A stretch of 63,038 nucleotides of DNA, filler included, from Licmophora abbreviata (lineage: Eukaryota): the NCBI GenBank assembly GCA_900291995.1. It is 11 parts of 11 records of this genome, joined end to end, with 100 filler letters (N's around TTAATTAATTAA, not from the genome) between each part and the next. Parts side by side here need not be neighbours in the genome. Positions count along the whole stretch, not along the records: positions 35,027 to 39,292 come from OLMU01000142.1; positions 39,393 to 48,721 come from OLMU01000143.1; positions 48,822 to 51,476 come from OLMU01000144.1; 8 more parts are not named here. One strand, given 5' to 3'. The stretch's first letter is position 1; every line of letters starts with the position of its first letter. Made by a program: the position numbers and the translations under genes. The notes under the pieces are model-generated. The model was given only the letters and a program-made list of their open reading frames with translations, was not told the origin of the DNA and ran no database searches. Shown here one piece after another: positions 36,765 through 49,400 of this stretch.

Positions 36765-37059
36765 GAAGAACAATTACTCGATGTTGCCACGGCTGTCGTG
36801 AGGCCTGATGTGGATCTTTCAAATCAGTGCGTCGCTCGCAAGCATGTAGCACCGTACGGTGTTAAAAAGAAGAACCGGAAAGGCGGAATGAAGATCGCAC
36901 CGATACCATATGATACCTTTGTTGTGGGCTTTTTGATGCTGTGTGCGCTGTGACGATGTGAAGCCGCGCCATTGGGATGTGACTACATCGACTCACTCAA
37001 CAAGGGCATTGTTCATTTGCTTAGACTTGCAGGGCAGTATTCGCAGGTCTGTTCATCGG

Positions 37060-37359
37060 TAACCCACCAAGCACCGTCGCCGCACTTGGGAAGAGGATCC
37101 AATACTCGCATTTGCCCTGTTCTTCAACCCACCAACCGTTTCCGCAATCAGGTGGAGGTGCGAGACGTTTTGATATTTGCTTATCGACCACAAATGCAGG
37201 CAGGAAGACACGGAGGACGATGTCGACAGCAAGGGAGGCACGATTTGCTTTGATTTCGAGTCCCCTGCCAAGGCGGTCCTGTCGTTGGGACTGATGAACA
37301 TCAAGCTCGACGGTGCGTGTCGCGGACTCGATGACAGTTTACAAAGCCAGTCGACGTGA
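37060..37359 (+). pseudogene. Possible degenerate fragment of a diatom secreted-protein repeat domain
   Basis: DDVDSKGGTICFDFESPAKAVLSLGLMNI resembles a DDN..GG.I.F.F motif I recall from diatom proteins. Upstream frames are broken. Confidence 0.25.
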
Positions 37360-37837
37360 GCCGGTTGTACGTCCCATCAAAAAAGTCTCCGCTAGTGACC
37401 GGAAGTTAGAGTTCCGCTCGATACAGAATCACTCCATGCTTCGCTTTCGACCCAAATCACCTTCGAATGTGTTTGTTCAGTGTTCACAAGCAAGCAGGAA
37501 GACAGAAGAGTTGCCATCAGCTACTATCGCCCAGCCTATCAAATCAGCCCCAGACGAAGAGGTGCTCAGGGACTGCATGGTGACCGTCCAGAGGGGATCT
37601 AGAGATACCGGTATACATTCGTCGACGTTGAACATGTGGCTGACCGCGCTGTGATCGCAATGATACAAAAGGATCAACAGCGCGAGACGAGTCTTGCTCG
37701 CGTTTCATCTCGACAGTCCCGAGCTCAGTCGTGTGATAGCGTGGGTTAGGGTTGGTATGCAATAACGTCGGCAATACTCAAACCGGTACAGTCGAATGCA
37801 TAACATTCGTCATGTTGACGATCTTCTAGCTTAATAG

Positions 37838-39103
37838 CTATGCAGCGTCTGTATTAATTGTCACCATCTGGTCGCAGATCCATTGAGCGTCATCGCGTGA
37901 GCCACCAATAAATCCGGAAAAGCGAGTTCGGAGCCACGGCATTCCACAGTAGAATAGTCCATCCACTGTGTTCGATACACCATCCGTGTGAGCAGGAACA
38001 CCGTGGTCATTAAGTCCAATGTCGCATTTGATATAATCAAAGCCTCCCTGGACTCCAGCCGCCCAAATAACGGTGGAGATTCCGTTCTTGACAAGGTCAA
38101 GTTCGCGAACAGCCAACATCTCATCGATGCCATCATAGGGGGTATCAGTCGCTGGGTCATCCTCAGCTTCGGGCGCTTGCATACCGCTTTTCTCAATGAC
38201 ACCGTCAATTATCTCTTTGATTTTGACGTTGAAGCCGTCTGCGAGCGCAATGTTGTCACCAAGCTGATCCCCGATCGTTAGTACGCCGTTGGTATCTATA
38301 CCCTCCAGTCGACCGAGCAGCTTCACTCCGCTCCGCGCTAGCTTGTGATGCGAAACAGAGTGGCCACCCTTTACGCCAGTAGCAAGAATAACCGGCTCAT
38401 ATCGCATGTCTTCGTCTTCCAAATCTTCGACGCGCTGCTTCATCATGCCCAACTTGTCGACCCACGTGAGAATGTCTTGTCCACGGTAGCGCCTTGGAGC
38501 TCTCTTGACAGCACTGGTGCATAGAAAAGTGGGACGACCAGCGTCGGTCAAGTCTTCAGCGATCTGCACCCCAGACTGTCCGCCGCCCACCACCAAGACG
38601 GCGCCCCTCTCCAACTCTGCCGGGTTGCGATACTCTGATGAGTGCAGTTGATTGACGGACTGAGGTAGTTTCGATGCGAGAAGCTTGGGAAACTTGGGTT
38701 TGTTCTGAATCCCCGAACAAACGACCAAGCTCGGAGATTCCCACATAGATCCATCAACAGCTTGTACCTGAAAGAGTGTACCATCCTTTCGGACTGACGT
38801 GATTTCAGTGTTCTCGCGAATCGGGAGGTCGTATCGACAAGCGAATGCTTCAAACTGGTTCAAGAGCTGGTCCGTGGAGAGGAAATCTTCTCCTGTGGGA
38901 GACTCTTCCGCGAGACCGCCAATTGTTTCTTGAGTATTGAGTCGAAACGAATCCCAGCGCTGGGTTCTCCATGTGTCGCCGATTTGACCTTTTTCCAGTA
39001 CCACATGGTCGATACCAGCCTTCTGGAGACACCGCGACACGTTCAAGCCGGCTTGGCCTGCTCCGACCACAACCGCACTTACTGCCGTCGGGGGCATCTT
39101 CAT
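37838..39103 (-). CDS. Intronless bacterial-type flavin-containing monooxygenase (CzcO/TrkA-like NAD(P)/FAD oxidoreductase)
   Basis: VVGAGQAG, WRTQRWDSFRLNT, QLHSSEYRNP, VGGGQSGVQIAEDL, PRRYRGQDI, VIWAAG, GLFYCGMPWL. Confidence 0.9.
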   Translation of the reverse strand: MKMPPTAVSAVVVGAGQAGLNVSRCLQKAGIDHVVLEKGQIGDTWRTQRWDSFRLNTQETIGGLAEESPTGEDFLSTDQLLNQFEAFACRYDLPIRENTEITSVRKDGTLFQVQAVDGSMWESPSLVVCSGIQNKPKFPKLLASKLPQSVNQLHSSEYRNPAELERGAVLVVGGGQSGVQIAEDLTDAGRPTFLCTSAVKRAPRRYRGQDILTWVDKLGMMKQRVEDLEDEDMRYEPVILATGVKGGHSVSHHKLARSGVKLLGRLEGIDTNGVLTIGDQLGDNIALADGFNVKIKEIIDGVIEKSGMQAPEAEDDPATDTPYDGIDEMLAVRELDLVKNGISTVIWAAGVQGGFDYIKCDIGLNDHGVPAHTDGVSNTVDGLFYCGMPWLRTRFSGFIGGSRDDAQWICDQMVTINTDAA

Positions 39104-39591
39104 CTTGATCGATGCACAGCGTATTGTATCATAGACTGTGGGCGATACACTCAGAGTTCTCGCGATATATCCTTCTTGGCGGCGCGACCACCTTGAACCT
39201 GTTCAAATGCAATGGATTTTCTTGAGTGGATCCTGCTTTGAAGTTTGTAGAATCCTACGCGTAGATAATACCAACAAAATTGGATTTGAGTTNNNNNNNN
39301 NNNNNNNNNNNNNNNNNNNNNNNNNNNNNNNNNNNNTTAATTAATTAANNNNNNNNNNNNNNNNNNNNNNNNNNNNNNNNNNNNNNNNNNNNTATCATCG
39401 GGTAGACCCAAGAGACGGTACTTGCACCTGTTCTAGTAGGAAGTGAGGAGTGACCCTATACTTCCTGATTCTTCTGCTTAATAGATTCGGAACTCGCCAA
39501 GGCGAACAACGTGCTCCGGCCGAGGAACGCGTCTTGTAAGGGATTTCGTCGGAGACTTTGTTGCTGTGCGTATTAGACTATCAGGCTCACG

Positions 39592-42500
39592 ATGTCAGAA
39601 GAGAAACCTAACGCGGTTGAGCAGTATTCTGCGAACGAGGAAGTCGGCTATCTTTTCTTGCCGAATTGTTCCGTCAGGGTGCTTGACCACGATGACGACT
39701 GGAGTATTCCCAAAGGAAAGTGGACGAATGTCGAATTTCCCTCTCGATGTGATCTGAACACAGCATCAGACGAAAAGCGAGCCGCGGGCCCTCCAGGAAT
39801 GTGCAGTCGCTGCGATCTCGTTCTTACTGCAGATCTGTCGCAAGAGACGAATCGGTCTGGACTCAAGCTTCGGATCGCCGAGGCACCATACTTTGACGGG
39901 ACGCTCTCGGATAGATGTTTTGATCATGAAATGTGCTCGATGCAATGTCGGCGAGAAAGCGATCGCTCTGATGCAGCGCTCTTGGTGGGACTTGCTTTTT
40001 CATGCCAGTCGCACGAGCATATTTCCATTCAGAGCATCCAAGTCATGTGCAAAGAACCCGCCATCGACGAAGCCAAATGTAAAGTTGCACCGCTTAAAAC
40101 CTCTGGCTTGGGTGATCGAATAGAGTCATCACAACCAGAAGCACCCATATTGGCCTCTTTGGTAATAACATTCGCCATGCCTCAGCTCACTGCGGGCGAT
40201 GCGGGTGCTGCACATCGTAGGTCCATCACTAAAGTTGTTGCAAAGGGAGGCTCGCGGAAACGCTCAGTTCCGAGGGTGCTACCTTCTTGTACCCAACTAC
40301 TCCTTTCGGTGCTACGAAGCGACTGGAGCTTCTTAGAGCATGAAATGGAGAGGCTCGAGGGTAACTTCACGGCCGAGCCCGAGATGATCAATCAGCTTGA
40401 ATACGATGGAACATTGGTGAAGGCGCTTTGTCATTTCTTTCCACCAAAGCTCAATCTCGAAGAGGTTCGTCATCGTCGGATGAACAAATGTTGGCGAGCA
40501 ACTATTGTGAAGTGAACTCACCACCCCGCTGTCTGTTCTCGTTTTCGCAGCTCTACCATCGTATCAGAAGCGCATCCAAGACATCTCTGCACCCCCTGAA
40601 GGATCATGTTGACTGCCCACTGCGCATCATCCCCGAAGACATGCTTACGGATTGCGTCGCACCATTTCTCAGGGCTCGAAGTTTAGATGCGCTTCGCTGC
40701 TCTTGTACTTATCTCCATCGCGTCCTTAGGACGATTGTGCCCGGGATGAAGCTGCGTCTTTACGAACACCAAGTGCGTTCGCTTGAATGGATGAGGAAAC
40801 GAGAGACTCACGAGTATACAGAGCAGGAGATCTTGCGATCGAGGGCGACTGACAGTATCAGCTTTGGCGGAGATCTACATCGCGCAGTGACTGGAGGGGC
40901 GACAGCGTGTCTCAGACCTCGGGCGTCTGCTGACGGGGTAGTGTTCCGCGTGAACCAGCATGACGGTCGAGAATGTAGCTACGGGAATAGCAGCAGCGGC
41001 ATCGATTTTGCTCTCTCACGACGCGTCGCGCGAGGTGGGCTCTTATGCGATGACCCAGGTCTAGGGAAAACGATCACTGTTCTGTCGCTGATCCTCCAAA
41101 CACACGGGTTGGGCACAACGAGAGCGTCCGTCTCTTCTGAACCGACCATTTCTCCTGAGATTAAAAAGAAACGAAATCTCAACAAGATCTTTGAAGCATA
41201 TTGGAGAGAGCACGTACCTTATCCGTACAAGCGACAACTTTTGATCAAGTTACTCCAAGGAGTTCGCAAGGCCGATCCATCATCTTACTTCTTTGATCGT
41301 GATGTCGACCCCGTACTCTTTCGCTGCCCGGACTATTATGAAGTAATCAAATGCCCGATGTCTTTTCAACGAATCACTGACACGATCAACAAAGAAGATG
41401 TCTATATGACTGACTTCGAACGCTTCCGCGTTGACATGGAGCTCTGCTTTCGGTGAGAACGCTATTTGGCTCGACGTGCTACTTACAACACATGCTCTTC
41501 TAACTGCAATCTGCTTACACTTTCTCCCATGATCTAGAAACGCAATGGTGTACAATCAGCCGGGAAATATTGTCTACGAGGCTGCTGCGCGGTTGAAGGT
41601 AGTATTCGATAGTGCTGTGAACTCGTTCACAGAGGAGCAGGTTCAGTCGGCTATGAAGAGTTTCTCTAGCTCCACGTCCAAGCCAAATAGTTCGGTCGCT
41701 GCCATAATCGAAACGACAAGAGAAGGCGAGCTCAGAGACTCGTTGACACCGTCTGCGGGTACCCTTCTCGTGGTGCCAAAGACGCTCTTAAATCATTGGG
41801 AGGTACGCTTGTTTCTACATGGTGTAGCATGATATCGTTCCTTCACCACCCACAATGATATCACGGTGTGTTTGTTTATCCTCTGGTACTTCTTAAGGAT
41901 CAAATTGCACTGCATTTGGATCCAGCATTTTGCACACAAAAAGTGCCCGTTGTGTTTCCATACACAGAGAGGCTTGCGAAGAATAGAGCTGACTTGAGCC
42001 ACATGTTCCAGAAGTTCACGGTTGCGAAGACACACTGTCCTCTGGTATTTATCGATAAGGCAGGCATCCAGCCCCTTCCCCCCTCCGATTTTCTGGCCTT
42101 GTTTCACGTTGTCATTACCACGAACCATCGTTTCTCACACGAATGGAGAAGAGGCAGTTTCGAGGATGAGTTGAAGCAGAGCGGCGCTGATGATGGTGCT
42201 GCAGGCATTTCCGACGAAGCTCGGATATCCCAATATCGCTCTGCAACTGCGTGTCCTCTCCTGCGCGTCGAGTGGCTACGATTGATCGTCGACGAAGGCC
42301 GTAAGTTCAATGTTGCACGTGACTGCTTACATGCGGTTTGGCTGACCACGTTGAACTGACTCCGTTGTTCGGTTGTGTCTCTCCGACATAGATTCGATGG
42401 GAAGGGGGTCGCTTAACAGCTCCATTCTCTTTGCTTCGTGGATCTCAGCCCAGCGTCGATGGGCGATGACCGGAACGCCCACACCACAGACAGTCTCCCA

Positions 42501-44277
42501 TTCGGGATTAAAGAACGTGTTAGGTCTTCTGCAGTTCATACAGCACGACTTTTTCTCGAGACGTCTTGACGGCGTCACCATATGGCAAAATAGTGTGAGT
42601 CGATGCTGGAGCGATGGCGATTTGGCTGCCTTCTTCCGCTTGCAGTCACTACTGTCCTTGCTGATGGTACGGCATACCAAGTTGGATATCAAGGAGCTGC
42701 CCCCACCGATATTTACGAAGACTTTTCTTTCACTGAGCAAGGAGGAAAGCATTGCTTACAATAACTTGGCTACTGGCATACGTTCAAACATTTTGTTGAC
42801 GTCTATGAAAGGGAAAACATCTGGTCATCAGGACTCCCTTCTCAATCCGACCCAAGGCAGACACGCAAAAGAGGCCTTCCGCAATATTCGCTTGGCCTGC
42901 TGCGGTGGCACTCGCGTAATTCCTTCACTCCAGGACCGGTTCTGGGCAGAGACGATCGACATGCTTCAAGAGTTCGGTGTTGAAACCTACAAGATTCGGG
43001 TTGTTGAGAATTATCTGCATCGTGCAGTTACCGAGCAACTCTCGGGGTGCATGCGCTGTGGACTACAGCTGAGTACACTTATCATTGTGCCTTGTGGCGA
43101 TCTTATATGCTCGGAGTGCATGGACAGCTCGACAAGAGCTTGTCCCATTTGCCAAAAGCCGTTTATTGTCGATCAAATTCAGCGTCTCCAGCCAGGGTTT
43201 GTTCACGAGTGGGTTCACAGCCTCGAAGAAAAGGAGCAGCGGAAATACGACTTGCATTTGCAGGAGCAAAATCGTCTCCGTGTGGCAGGGAGAAACGAGG
43301 AAGAAAGTAGCGAAGATGATGCCGAGTCGCAAGTAATCATGGCCGGTGTCGACCGTGCTGGACATGTTCCCTTACAACCAGCTAGGCTGCACAGGAGAAC
43401 GCGCCTTTGGGGAGATGGACACGTTTGTCAGTACGACCCAGCGTCAACAGAAGGGAATTGCATCCTTTGTTTGAACTCGCACATGACCAAGGTCGGTTGC
43501 GCATTTGACGAAAAAACAATGAGGTGTACCGTTTGCTACAAGACGGCGGAAGACTGTCCACAATCGGAAACGAAGTTCCGCTATCTGACAGAGAAGCTTG
43601 TGGGGCTGCGTGCGGAGCGAGCCAAGAATTTCGCCTTTGATCAGGGCGACAGGCCGCTTAAAGCGATTGTCTTCTCTCAATATCGGAGAGTGTTGAACCT
43701 CGTTGGCGATCGCTTGAACCGCCGCTTCGGAGTGGCCTGTATCGCTGAATTCTTCGGTTCTTCTCGCCAGGAAGAGTTGTCGAAATTCACGCAGGATACG
43801 CGTTGCTTCTGTATGCTTCTTACCAAGGATGGGGCAGAGGGGCTCGACCTTAGCTTTGTAACGCATATATTCTTCGTTGAAGAAGTGTGGGACAGGTCGC
43901 TCGAGAACCAGGCAATTGCTCGTGCATGGAGATTGGGATCAAAAGGAAGAGTCGAAGTAGAAACCTTGGTCGCTCGTGACGGCATTGAAGAAACTCTGGC
44001 AGAGCTCGCAATGGGAAAACAGAAAGTCCTAGAGGACGATGCGGACATATCGATTCCATCATCCCTGTCGAAACCGTCGAAGAATAGGCAGGAACGCGCC
44101 AAGCTGGTGTACGTGCTCAAGAGCATTCGCCCCCTCAAAGGTCGTTGGTTTATTGGAAATGCTTCACGAATGGCAAAGAGAACCAGAAACCGAGACGACG
44201 TAACGCTGTCGCTACAGAACGGGGACGAGGGTACTGAGCGTAGACCGAAGGCGTCCCGTGTCCGCTTTCAGATATAG
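39592..44277 (+). CDS. F-box + SNF2 ATPase + inserted bromodomain + RING + helicase-C protein (5 exons)
   Basis: F-box-like IIPEDMLTDCVAPFL..SL..LRCSC, LYEHQ, GGLLCDDPGLGKT, TLLVVP, WLRLIVDEG|H, RWAMTGTP, C..C...PCGDLIC.EC...CPIC, KAIVFSQY, GAEGLDL, QAIARAWRLG. Confidence 0.9.
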
Positions 44278-44359
44278 AGCTGGTCAATCCACTGTCGGAT
44301 ATACAAACATGTAATCACGTACACGCATAAAAAATAGACACAGGAGATTGCTTTGATTT

Positions 44360-46049
44360 TTAATATTCTACAATAGAGCTCAAGGTCGTCTCGTTGAGAT
44401 CGTCCCAGTCCATTTTTCTTATTTTGCCAACCAGGCGCGACATTCGTTCCATGGCGATTTCTAACACCTCAGGAGATACCCAAGCGTAACAGATACGAAA
44501 CATGCCTGGTGTGCGCTCCCGTTGACTCTCGCCAGGCGTCAACACAATACGAGCATGGTTCACCATGAGATCGCTCAGTCTGGCCTCTCCTTCAAAACTC
44601 TTGGCAGGGAGGAGCGACGAAAAGTCCACGTAGATGAAGATTCCCGCCTCTGCTGGTATAAAGGGGATGACCATTTCTTCCAGTTTAGAGACACAAACAT
44701 TGTAGCCCGTCCTCAATCGGGTTCTGGCGGTATCCAAGAAAGCATCAACCCACGGGTCGTCTGTAAGCATCTCAGCGACTGCCATCTGAATCGGGTTGCT
44801 AACACCACTAAAGATACTCAGATTTCCGAGCGCCTCCAGGAACTCTTGGTTCTGCGAATAAATCAAACCAACTCGGAAGCCACTGGCACCGAAATCCTTC
44901 GACAAGGCCCACAGCATGTGGACGTCATTGCCGAGATCGTTTTCAAGGACACGGACAACCGACTTGAAGCCGTGGTCTTGCTGCTGTTGGTATGGCAAAG
45001 GGGTTGTGAGCGCGAAGCGAGAGGTTTGAGATGAGACTAAGAGCAGAGAGAAGCTCTATCTCTCAAAAGACATACCTGGTGGGTTGAAAGAGCATAGATC
45101 TCGTCGACAACTGTGTGCAAGCTGCGCTTGCGAGCCCATCGGACTGCTCCTTCAATTACTCCGGGTCGATAGATAGTACCAAGAGGATTGTTGGGATTAC
45201 ACAGTAAGAGAAATTTGACTTTGAATCCTTGCTGCAAATTGAGCCGACGAACAAAGGAACGTGAGCTCTACTATGCGCACACGCTTTCAGCCGCTGAACG
45301 CCTTATGACACCCTTACCGAGGAGGCCTGAAGATAGGCCATATCTAGCTCGTTCTCAGTGGGCCCCATCGCTGCATTTGCCATATAGCAAGGAAACGGTT
45401 TGATGCCTGCCATGACGTTCATATCATTTTCAAAGGCAGCGTAGTATGGAGCAGGAATAATACATGCTTCCCTTTCTTCTCCAAGAATAAAAAAGAGATA
45501 GTTCAACAGAGCTGCGCACCCAGACCCGATCGCCACATTTTCCATCTTGACATGCTGCAGTGCTTGCTGGGGAGTAATCGAAAGAGCTTCAGGAAACAGA
45601 AAGTGTCTTGCGAGAAAATAGGCCGCCGCCTGTCTTGCCATAGGCAAGCCAAGAAACGAGTTATACCCATAGACTGTCGGATCAGAGAAGGCAGCCGATG
45701 CTGTTTCAGGGTCAGTCAATCGTTCCGCGATGAGATCAGTCACGAGCTTATTTTCGGCAACGCAAAGAGCAATGTGCCCTCCTGGATTTTCCCGAGGATG
45801 ACAAGGATCTTGTAGACACTTGAAGAAGCTCGAAATGTAAGGAATAGGAGGAGACAAGGCTGCGACGCCACGTGTACCAATGGCCAAGTGATCACCGTCG
45901 CGTTGGATATGACTTCTTCGCCCCTCCGGGTTTGCTCTGGCACCCAACAACGCGTCTTTTCTCTTCTGACGCCGTCGGAACCATGAAGCAGTGACAATGA
46001 ACAATGCAGCCGCCACGCTGGGGGAGAAAACGTCCTGATCGTCGGACAT
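44360..46049 (-). CDS. ACC-synthase-like PLP-dependent class I/II aminotransferase (3 exons)
   Basis: IALCVAENKL, PAPYYAAF, LCNPNNPLG, VVDEIYALS, WALSKDFGASGFRVG (PLP lysine), PGMFRICYA. Confidence 0.88.
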
Positions 46050-46477
46050 GGTGGACACAGGATGAACGACGCGTCGCGATCTTTGATTTTGGAACACGAA
46101 TTTTTAATTTTTCATACCTATCCCAAGAAACACTTTGCTTTCATAAGGATTTGCACACTGTACAAATATACGTAATTTCTTTCGTATAATTCCAATTTGG
46201 AATCGTAAGGATAATGGGCGCGCAATACTTATACGGAACTGAAGAAAATATAGGGTACCCGCCGGAGATACGATCCTTTTTCTTCTCCTGTGACGCGCTG
46301 TGATGAGAACTCTGTAATCAACATCCCGCCGCCGTCTCCCGACGCCGTCTCTGCGTCTCTGCTGATGGTCTCTGGGCAGACCTTTCGATCCGTCAGCTTA
46401 GTTTCGGGCATGCCATGAGAGCAAAGTGAACATTGGCATCGACTTCTGGAAGTAGGTTTTTCGAGGAGCTGGATAAT

Positions 46478-49400
46478 ATGTCTGGAAGACTTTCGAACCT
46501 GATTTCAACAAGATTGAATTTGACCCCTCAGGAAGACAATATAACTTCCAGCGTCGCTTCGCGGCGTCATTCTGTAGGACCTGATGATGAGGAGGAAAGC
46601 AGAGAGGAAATCCCGGCGTCTAACGGCGCACAGTGGGGTGGTCAAGGCAAAATCATGGTGAGAATAGAGATGTACTATTACCTTTTCCATTTCCCAACTA
46701 CTTCCTGAATCTCAATTGGCGTGACCAACTCCCTACTGTGTCGAACCACCCGGGAAAGGCTCTCCCACGAACCAAAGCAGGGAGCACGAAAGAATTGCTA
46801 AGGATGGATCGCTTTAAGACGCGCCTCAGACGTGGGTCGACACTAGCGCAACAGGTCACAATCCCTTACAGGCGAGGACGTAGACACGACGCTCTTTTGT
46901 CTCGGCAGGTCCAGTCGACCCACTCCTACGCAAAATTGATGCTGAACACCTTTGTCGTTTACTTTATAGCGGTGACAATGTCTACCCTTGTTCTCCAGGT
47001 GTTTAACATTTATCAGGATAAGGTCACGGACGAGCAATGTATTATCGGCTATGAGTATGAATCGACGTTCAGTAAGTCATATCGACGACCATGTGATCTC
47101 CCCACTTCATCATCGCGTCTGCGCTAAGCACCTGCCCACAACACGTCACGCAGATATACACAACTTTAGTATAGTCTTCGAGCTATCATGGACAACATTC
47201 TCTACCGTCGTAAGTCATTTTCCTTGACCTCAGTACTTTGTCTGTGTTGTCGTTGCGGATGCCGACTTGTCTGACATATCTACGCCTTGTGTTGCAGGGC
47301 TACGGAGCGACAGCGCTCACGCCCGCGGTGAGTCACTAAACTACTCTTTGTATATTCCGGTGATTGGCTTTAGCAATGTGGCCTCTGACAGTGCCATGCC
47401 CGTTTGCTTGCTTCAGTCGGCGTGCAGGGCATTGAGAACTCTCCTTTGTATCCAAGCATTCTTAGGAGTCATATATGCAGGCTTTTGTGCTGCAATCCTG
47501 TTTTCGAAGATATCGAGACTCCTCTCATACGCCCAGGTGACCTTTGCAAGTTCAATTTGCCTTCCGTTTGGTGAGAATGTGCCATCCTTGGGACCTATGA
47601 AGGGCGAGATCGTGAGTTCAAGACTGGTGTCGGGACATGAGCTCGATCATCCTTTCGTACACTGACGGTGTGTTTTAATTCCAGGGCGATTCGGCAATGG
47701 GCAACAAAACCTCGACCCCAGAGAAAGCCCACTTCCCGATTCTTCAGATGCGGGTCGTCAATGATGTATGTTTCAGTGATACGCTGCAGTGGATTGCGGC
47801 AGAAAGTATTTGGAACACTCACGACGATCGGACACACCTTTCCGTTTAACCGCAGAGGTCTCGTTTGGGAGGGAATATCATCAATGCTAGGATGAATTGC
47901 GTCGCTGTTAAAGTGACAGGCGCTCATTCTGGTGACGAAAGCGAAATTGAGGATAATCTCGTTCGTGTTGAAGGTGTCGGCGAATCAGAAGTGAAACCAT
48001 CGCAGAAGGAAAGAATCTACGAAGAGGTCGTCGTGGCTCCTGACACATATCCGTTCTTTGATCAAGGTGTCTGGTACTTTCACCATGTCCTAGACGCGCA
48101 GTCACCGCTTCTTGCTGATTCTGTTCGCGAGCGTATTGCAAGGGACAATGCATGGCCGACCGACCTCAACCAGCATGATAGCATTCGCGCGTGCCTTTCC
48201 GACGAAGTTGAAGAAATCGTGAGTTCGTTTTGCCAACGGGTATGGCATGATGCACGTTGCGTCAATTCTTACAAAACAGGGGAACCCACTGCCATAATCA
48301 TCTGATTTCGAATTCTCACAGGCAGTTTCCATTCAAGGCACATCGGACTTGACGGCAGACGAGGTGTACAGAACACAGGCTTACGTTCTGGATGATATTT
48401 TTGTTGGATGGAAGTTTGTCAACTTGAATTTTATACCCGATAATGGAGAGAAGCATCCCTCGGAGGCTCAGGATGATTTATCTTTGGTCAATGACATTGT
48501 AGAACAAGAGGGAGGTGGGAGTGAACCGATCGACTTGTCGACTCAAAACAGCCGTGGACGGGGACACTACTTTCGCCGTTCTGCCGAATTGTCAGAGCCT
48601 ATGAGTTTTCGTTTGCGCCGATGGCGGAGTGTCAGCACAAGAGTGCGGGGTTGGTTATGCTGTAGGATTACACGCGAGAAAATGCGACAATATCGAATTT
48701 CCATGCGGACGGACAGGATTTNNNNNNNNNNNNNNNNNNNNNNNNNNNNNNNNNNNNNNNNNNNNTTAATTAATTAANNNNNNNNNNNNNNNNNNNNNNN
48801 NNNNNNNNNNNNNNNNNNNNNTGCGACAATATCGAATTTCCATGCGGACGGACAGGATTTCGTTCAGAGTTGAATCTGGCTTCAGTCGCATCGAAGCCAT
48901 TGTTGTTCGGTGGACACTCTGGCATCACAGAACAACATTCCTCCGCTCAATCCTTGGGTCTCTCGCTCTGTACCTCGTTTTCACTTTGTTATTTGGTCTT
49001 TTCGTTGTTTCGGTCTCAAGGATAACTGAACTTGCAAGCGGGGTCGTGTGCGTTCCAAGTTGGGTGGACACAAGGGACGCCATCTCTCAGTTTTATATCG
49101 CATATGAGGTCTCCTGGACAACTTTCAGTACCGTCGTAAGTAGGTCTTGCCAGTACAAATGGGGTGTTAAGTCTCCACATTCGCTCAATTCAACTCTGTC
49201 ACGGTGCATGTAGGGGTGAGTCGTATCACACCAGAGGGCTGCATTGCATCGAGGTCGAATGCACTCATTGCGCAGTCTTTTGTTTTGCAACAGCTACGGA
49301 GTGGTTAGCCCAAGTATTGAGGAGGAGTGCGGCGGCCTGACATTCCTTCTTGCAGTTGAGGCTTTCGTAGGGGTATTATACACTGGTTTCTGTGGTGCAA

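Noticed and set aside
48683..48860. 39-nt direct repeat flanking a gap (also 25 nt at 51452/51577)
   Set aside because: Unmerged contig-end overlaps, not biological repeats or target-site duplications.
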